DNA from: a virus
Length of the DNA: 64,000 bases
Virus record (IMG/VR): IMGVR_UViG_3300010348_001013
Location: 1,751 to 65,750 of that record
Direction: 5' to 3' (one strand)
Below are positions 58,404-64,000 of the stretch, piece by piece. How positions within the stretch are numbered: the first letter of the stretch is position 1; the number at the start of each line of letters is the position of its first letter. A program made the position numbers and the translations under genes. The notes under the pieces were generated by a model. The model was not told where the DNA came from. It was given only the letters and a program-made list of their open reading frames with translations, and searched no databases.

Positions 58404-60866
58404 ATGGCTAATATTATATCAAACTTTATTGATGGCTCCAATCCATCATTATCAACAGCAGTTTCACCTAGAAAGGCTGTGATTATATTTGGTCTTGCCA
58501 CTAAGGGTAAAATGTACCAACGAATAAAAATAACTCCCGACACTGTTGGGGAAATATTTGGAACTATTCCAGATTATACAGATCCAGCTCAAAAAGACTT
58601 TTATAATAGATCTTTGGTAAGAGAGGCTTTTGATTTATTTACTTTAATATGGGATTATGAATCACAAGTTCTTCAAGAATATGATTTTTATGGTATTAGA
58701 ATAGGTCAATCAAAATCGGCAACATTAGATATCGACGAAATGCCATTAAAAGATAGGTTTAATGAAACTTTACAAGCAGTTAAGTCGATTACAATTACAG
58801 CTAATGAAGCTAATGAGGAAGCTAATACTTGGTCGGTTATAATTGAAGGAAATACTTCACCAGAATCAATAACTTTAAAATGTGGATTAGTGACTGATAC
58901 TGTCTATTTTAGTGATTCTGAATCATATGATAGTAAAACATTTACAAACATTGCCGATGCTATTAATTATTTTAATACTGTTTCTGAATTAAGAAATTAT
59001 GTAACATTATCTTATGAAACAGTTTCTACTAATAGTGTTATCCCAGTAACAAAAACCGGGGAAGTAATTAATAGACATTATAACCTTTTCTCAGACGCAA
59101 AAAGCGGTTCAACATTTAGTTTACATAGAAAGATTAAATCAATAGTATCAGCTTCTCTAAATGGAATAGCAACATATCAATCAGAAAGCGTTGGATTATC
59201 TATTTTATATCTTACAAAAACCCCAATTAAATCAACAGCTACTGATACTATCATAACTTCTAAATTTGTTATTACAGATGAAATTGTGTATACTGTTCCA
59301 GTTGCGGATATTGGTAAAGGAAAGATAGCAGACACAGCACCAAATAATGTTTTAAAATATTTTACTGACACTGTTTATAAAGCCGCTGTTCCTAACGTTA
59401 CATTTACATCTGTTAAAAAAATATCAGCATTAGGGGTTGAAACAGTTATTACTGATGATTCAGATGAAGACGATTATTATATTTTTACTGATTCTACTGG
59501 CACTATTGAATTTATAAATATTGCTGGTTATGCTTTAGGAGATACTTACAAAGTTTCATATACATATGATATTGATTTGGTTGAAGCACAAACAACCAAT
59601 GATATTGTTTTAAGTGTTAAAAATCAGTACTTTGTATATGGTTCAGAAATACGTTTTAATGCCGCTTTACCTAATATTATTTCAATAACATATCTTTCAA
59701 GTACTGAATTAAGTGAATATTCTGATTATACAATAAATGAATTAACCGGGGATTTGGTAATTCAAAATTCATTAGAAATGGTAGATACCGATGAATTATC
59801 ATTTGTTTTTAATTGTATCCCAGCATTTCCTAAGATTACTGCTGAAACAAATCTATCTGGTGGAACAACTGATGTTAAATTAACTGAAACAGCTTATCGT
59901 GATTCTATTTTAAAAGGTTTTAATGCATCATATGGTCTTGTTGCTAGATATATTCAGGTAGCGGGGATGTATGTTGATTCGACCGCAGCTATCATGAACG
60001 CAGTAACAGGCAAACCAGAGGTTAAACTTGTTGACTATTTACAAAGGACAAAAGATTATCTTACTTATAAAAACACAAACGTTTGTCATTGTGAATGTGT
60101 TATTGGTAATAAAAGATTTGAAGCAGAAGACTATGCAAATCTTACTCTTGCTAAAAACAATTATTTGGCTAATTTAATTGCTGTTGATGCAAAACATTAT
60201 AATAACATGGCAGAGGCTACTTCGGCATTTGCTTCCATGTTTATTATTTTGGCTCCTCATATGGGAGAAAAAGCACAACCTTCCATCAGACCAGCAACAA
60301 TGTCTATGTATTTTGATTCTGCTACTCATATTCTTGCTGCAAAACTTATTAATAGTGTAGTAAATCCTTTAGGTTATCCTATAATTACTTTAAACTCTGC
60401 ACCATCTGCTATTGCAAGTTTAGCATTTGATACCGATATCAATATTTTCAATAGAATGAAGAGTATGAGATACTGTTTTGCATATTATTACTACCAGTTA
60501 GATGGAACAATAGTAATAAAATACTTTGATGCACCAACAGCAGCAAATGTTAAATCTCAATACAGACGACAAGGCCTTAATGCAATATTGTATGATGCTA
60601 TTGATAGATGTAGAGCATATATTATACCTCATATTGGAAAACCTATATCTGACAATGGTATAGCTTTAAGATTGGGACTTAACAATCTAATGAAAAATTA
60701 TTATGTAAATAATTCAATTTTACGAGATGCTGAAGTGACAATAAATTTTGTTGGTGATACAATAACTAAAGAAGCAAAAATTGGATTAAAAGTTTATAGT
60801 TTCGCTGAATTGATTGGTGCTGAAATTGAAACATCAGTTGATAAAGGCGAAGTAATTGAAGAATAA
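58404..60866 (+). CDS. Tail sheath protein, 820 aa
   Basis: N-terminal VIIFGLATKG, LSGGT motif, C-terminal sheath pattern (IIPHIGKP...LRDAEVTI...LKVYSFAELIGAEIETSV); upstream of the tube gene. Confidence 0.8.
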   Translation: MANIISNFIDGSNPSLSTAVSPRKAVIIFGLATKGKMYQRIKITPDTVGEIFGTIPDYTDPAQKDFYNRSLVREAFDLFTLIWDYESQVLQEYDFYGIRIGQSKSATLDIDEMPLKDRFNETLQAVKSITITANEANEEANTWSVIIEGNTSPESITLKCGLVTDTVYFSDSESYDSKTFTNIADAINYFNTVSELRNYVTLSYETVSTNSVIPVTKTGEVINRHYNLFSDAKSGSTFSLHRKIKSIVSASLNGIATYQSESVGLSILYLTKTPIKSTATDTIITSKFVITDEIVYTVPVADIGKGKIADTAPNNVLKYFTDTVYKAAVPNVTFTSVKKISALGVETVITDDSDEDDYYIFTDSTGTIEFINIAGYALGDTYKVSYTYDIDLVEAQTTNDIVLSVKNQYFVYGSEIRFNAALPNIISITYLSSTELSEYSDYTINELTGDLVIQNSLEMVDTDELSFVFNCIPAFPKITAETNLSGGTTDVKLTETAYRDSILKGFNASYGLVARYIQVAGMYVDSTAAIMNAVTGKPEVKLVDYLQRTKDYLTYKNTNVCHCECVIGNKRFEAEDYANLTLAKNNYLANLIAVDAKHYNNMAEATSAFASMFIILAPHMGEKAQPSIRPATMSMYFDSATHILAAKLINSVVNPLGYPIITLNSAPSAIASLAFDTDINIFNRMKSMRYCFAYYYYQLDGTIVIKYFDAPTAANVKSQYRRQGLNAILYDAIDRCRAYIIPHIGKPISDNGIALRLGLNNLMKNYYVNNSILRDAEVTINFVGDTITKEAKIGLKVYSFAELIGAEIETSVDKGEVIEE

Positions 60867-60879
60867 TAGGAGGAAATAA

Positions 60880-61635
60880 ATGGCTTCAGCAGGTGCAGCT
60901 TTTACAAAAGCATATTCATCCAATTCAGGATGTGATATGATAATGAGATTTGATAACTGGCAAGTAAATACAGTTGTTGGTTTAACAGTATCAGTAACAA
61001 GAGAAAAGGTTCCGGTTTATACAATGGGAAATAAAAACCCTAGATCTATTTCTAGAGGAAAAAGATCTCTAGCTGGATCAGTTCAAATGCAAGTTTTTGA
61101 TAGGGAACCAATGTATGAATTGATGCAAGATGAAAATCATCAGTTTTATGCTCATGGTGATGATATAAATTGGTTAACCAACCTTAAAAACAATCCGTTT
61201 AAGTCTGCTGTACAAACCAACGAACCAGTTCAGGTAGTTAAAACTCCGGCTAGATATCTTGATGAAATGTTACCGGTTGATATTACAATCGTTATGGCAA
61301 ACGAATATGGAAACCTTGGATGGGGTGCAATTGTTGGTGTTGAATTTATCAACGAAGCAACTTCATATTCTATGGATGATGCTTCTACACAAACAGCAAC
61401 AACTTATTTAGCATTACACAAGGAACATTTTAGACCAATAGATGTAACATCACCAGCTACCGGATTTACTACAGCTAGTATTTATACTTTGGGTCAAATT
61501 ATAGAAAACTATGCGGAAAATGGTGCTGCTGGATTTGGAATAACAGAATCTAACGTTGTAATTGGTCAAGAAGGAACAACGGCTGACACAGAATACGGCG
61601 TACCAGAATGGATGAGAGAGGAATCAACTCCTTAA
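60880..61635 (+). CDS. Tail tube protein, 251 aa
   Basis: YSSNSGCD, SVTREKVPVYTMG...PRSISRGKRSLAGS, DEMLPVDITI..ANEYG, GVEFINE; directly after the sheath; SD AGGAGG. Confidence 0.75.
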   Translation: MASAGAAFTKAYSSNSGCDMIMRFDNWQVNTVVGLTVSVTREKVPVYTMGNKNPRSISRGKRSLAGSVQMQVFDREPMYELMQDENHQFYAHGDDINWLTNLKNNPFKSAVQTNEPVQVVKTPARYLDEMLPVDITIVMANEYGNLGWGAIVGVEFINEATSYSMDDASTQTATTYLALHKEHFRPIDVTSPATGFTTASIYTLGQIIENYAENGAAGFGITESNVVIGQEGTTADTEYGVPEWMREESTP

Positions 61636-61663
61636 TCATCAATAGTTTTTATTTGTACTATAT

Positions 61664-61692
61664 TTGACAATATCATTATTATATGTTATTAT
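61664..61692 (+). promoter_or_regulatory. Sigma70-type promoter
   Basis: TTGACA-N17-TATTAT with extended TG. Confidence 0.6.
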
Positions 61693-61693
61693 T

Positions 61694-61726
61694 AGGCGGA
61701 TATTTAATTAATTATCCGCCTTTTTT
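61694..61726 (+). terminator. Rho-independent terminator after the tail tube gene
   Basis: AGGCGGATA / TATCCGCCT stem followed by a T run. Confidence 0.85.
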
Positions 61727-61768
61727 ATAAAACTAACCTATTTTTAATTAGACATAAAGGTTAAACAA

Positions 61769-63028
61769 ATGTCAGAATTATTATCATTTGAAAAACAATA
61801 TAATAAAACGTCTAGATCATTTCAATCTTTTAATAAATTATTGTATTCAGTAATTAAAGAAAAAATAGCTGGAACTGCTCAATCTGATAATTTTATTAAA
61901 TCCATACAATCAAACAATACAAGTTATTCTAACTATAAAGATGTTATTAATCTAGTAGTTAATACATTTTCAGATTTTGAGGCAATAAGAACCGTTACTC
62001 CTGATTTTTGTACAATGCTATACGATAGTTTTACAGCTATTAAAATAAATGATATAAATTTTACAAGTGTCCGGGCAACTATAAATATAATTTATAATGA
62101 TGAAACTACATACGAATTATCCAATGTAAATACAGAAAGTTATTTTTCGGCATTTGTTATATTACAATTGCTTTGTTATTATAAAGTAATCAGTAATAAT
62201 AATATTACATCTAAAACAATATATGCGGCACCTTCATTTGATGACCTAAAGAGCATATTTAATATTACAATAACAACCAACACTACTGTAATGATATATA
62301 ATAGTGAAAATATTAATGTTGATACATCACTAAATACATATAGTAAGTTAATTCAGAATAATCCACACTTATTAACTAATTCTTTATACCAGAACTATAG
62401 TGCTGGCTCGTTTAATGCATCTAATACTGAAATATATATAGTATTTAAAGATGCTATCAATAATACTTATACCCATGAAAAATTAAATAGTGGAATCACA
62501 ATATCACATTCTATGCAGAGACAAATCGTCGAAATGCCATCAGCAGGAAAAACAGGAAATAATATTAAAGCATATGGCACTAGAAAAATAGCAGGAACTA
62601 TAGAATTAAGCGATCCATCGTCTGGTTTAATAACTAATTATGCTAATAGAATATACTCAATAAATCAATATTTTAGTGAGCAAAACAAAGAAATGAATAA
62701 AGATTTACTTAAATTTGTTAAAGGAACAAATTTATATCCAGATCAATTTCCTCCATTTCATATATATTCATATAGCATTCCAGAAAACGGAGCAATAGGT
62801 TATATACTATTTAAAGCAATATATGGAATTCGTATAGTTGGTGAGGGTGTTGTAACAACCGAAATGGATAATGTTATAAATAAAACATGGGAATTTATAG
62901 CAGAAGGATTTGAACCAGATATTCTTTTAGCGATTGATAGTGCTTCCTTTAGTTTTTATCTCTCAGCATTTGATCAATTATCAGAAGTTCGTTCAAAAGA
63001 CTATTTTACTCCCCGTATTAATTTTTAA
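61769..63028 (+). CDS. Tail-tube-like paralog with N-terminal extension, 419 aa
   Basis: YGTRKIAGTI, PDQFPPFHI and IYGIRIVGEG align by eye with RGKRSLAGSV, LDEMLPVDI and IVGVEFINEA of the tube. Confidence 0.65.
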   Translation: MSELLSFEKQYNKTSRSFQSFNKLLYSVIKEKIAGTAQSDNFIKSIQSNNTSYSNYKDVINLVVNTFSDFEAIRTVTPDFCTMLYDSFTAIKINDINFTSVRATINIIYNDETTYELSNVNTESYFSAFVILQLLCYYKVISNNNITSKTIYAAPSFDDLKSIFNITITTNTTVMIYNSENINVDTSLNTYSKLIQNNPHLLTNSLYQNYSAGSFNASNTEIYIVFKDAINNTYTHEKLNSGITISHSMQRQIVEMPSAGKTGNNIKAYGTRKIAGTIELSDPSSGLITNYANRIYSINQYFSEQNKEMNKDLLKFVKGTNLYPDQFPPFHIYSYSIPENGAIGYILFKAIYGIRIVGEGVVTTEMDNVINKTWEFIAEGFEPDILLAIDSASFSFYLSAFDQLSEVRSKDYFTPRINF

Positions 63029-63045
63029 ATAGGAGTTACATTTAA

Positions 63046-64000
63046 ATGTCAAACGACATTCAATCGAGAATAGTACCAACTTTAGCCCAAAGTATCTTTG
63101 GTTTAATATTAGGTTCCAAAGTTAACGACGAAATTATGCTTGACTATGATTCAATGATAGACTTAACAAAGATTTCAACTCCTTGTTATTTCGAAAAAAC
63201 AATAGCAAACCAAAGAGCACCACAGTTTCCTTATAATATAGCAACGTCTGATAACATTGCAAATGGTAAATTGCTTTCAGAAAGTAAAATAGCATTTGCA
63301 ACAGCAGATGAATATGAATTAGAAAAAATATTACAGCAAAATAATTATAAATATATTTATGATCCAACAGATAAAAGATATACATATATCATGACTAAGG
63401 ATAATTTACCAGGTTCACAGATAATTACTTCGGTAAATAAAATGCCCCCAATAACAGGCAAACAGAAATTATGTTTTTTTACAGTAAAACAAAATATAGA
63501 CAACGATGACACGTTTTCAAGCGAATCTCTTGGTTCGCAAAATGCAAATATTGAAATATTGTATGGTGTTGAATTTGTATCAAACATGTCTAAAATTGAT
63601 GCTGATAAACCTAATTTTGTATTTTATACATTTCTATTTCAGGAAGCTATCAATTATGCTGATATTAAAAACAAAAGTAAAAAACTACAACTTCTTAATT
63701 ATGAGCTTGTAAGAGAAGAAAGTAGCTATTTAAAACTTATAAATCGTACAAGATTTAATGAGATAGAAGAAACACTTTATATCAGTGAATATAATGATAT
63801 CTATACTATGAATGATTCAATAACAATTGCCGGGGAAGTTAGAGAAGATCAGGGAAATGCCGTATCTCAGGAATCTGTGAATAATGAAATAACTAATAGA
63901 GCAGAAGTAACCAATGAAAATTTAGCGACAGAAACAATACCAACCGAAGAACAACCATCTGAAGAAAACCCAAGTCCAGAACAACCAGTCTCAAACGAAC
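63046..64000 (+). CDS. Third tail-tube-like paralog, 3' partial
   Basis: Not in the track (no stop). ATG 63046 after AGGAG (MSNDIQSR); contains PQFPYN...IANGKLLSES, NKMPPI and ILYGVEFVSN...YTF; frame open at the edge. Confidence 0.6.
   Translation, partial: MSNDIQSRIVPTLAQSIFGLILGSKVNDEIMLDYDSMIDLTKISTPCYFEKTIANQRAPQFPYNIATSDNIANGKLLSESKIAFATADEYELEKILQQNNYKYIYDPTDKRYTYIMTKDNLPGSQIITSVNKMPPITGKQKLCFFTVKQNIDNDDTFSSESLGSQNANIEILYGVEFVSNMSKIDADKPNFVFYTFLFQEAINYADIKNKSKKLQLLNYELVREESSYLKLINRTRFNEIEETLYISEYNDIYTMNDSITIAGEVREDQGNAVSQESVNNEITNRAEVTNENLATETIPTEEQPSEENPSPEQPVSNE

Noticed and set aside
1007-63712. The many 60-130 aa ORFs antisense to or nested in long genes
   Set aside because: They are shadows of the long ORFs, lack SD sites and show the hydrophobic bias typical of antisense frames in AT-rich DNA.
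1-64000. Stop-codon reassignment, as seen in some large phages
   Set aside because: Genes are full length in code 11, and TAA, TAG (e.g. capsid, sheath, portal) and TGA (2365, 10993) all end genes at sensible boundaries.

Overview
This is a very AT-rich (roughly 25% GC by eye), almost fully coding segment of a large contractile-tailed phage genome, read in standard code 11. The right part (+ strand) holds the terminase large subunit, portal, prohead protease/scaffold, major capsid, neck, tail sheath and three tail-tube-like paralogs. This head cluster is interrupted by an inverted thyX + winged-helix gene pair and a 1.1-kb structured non-coding region that looks like a replication origin. The left part (mostly - strand) holds baseplate/tail genes, including a 3033-aa hub-like protein. 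Between them lies a block of large proteins: a Cas4/RecB-like nuclease, a 2483-aa protein with two-barrel RNA polymerase motifs (GKEG, SREP, DFDSD) and a 2008-aa protein with a split DnaQ-like exonuclease and repeated H...R...F/YGS motifs. I infer this block is a virion-packaged, injected transcription module. At the DNA level, the 11-mer ATCTATTGGGG occurs 14 times, and GCGGGG/GCCGGG hexamers about 50 times, far above chance for this base composition. All product calls come from motif recognition by eye; no database search was run.
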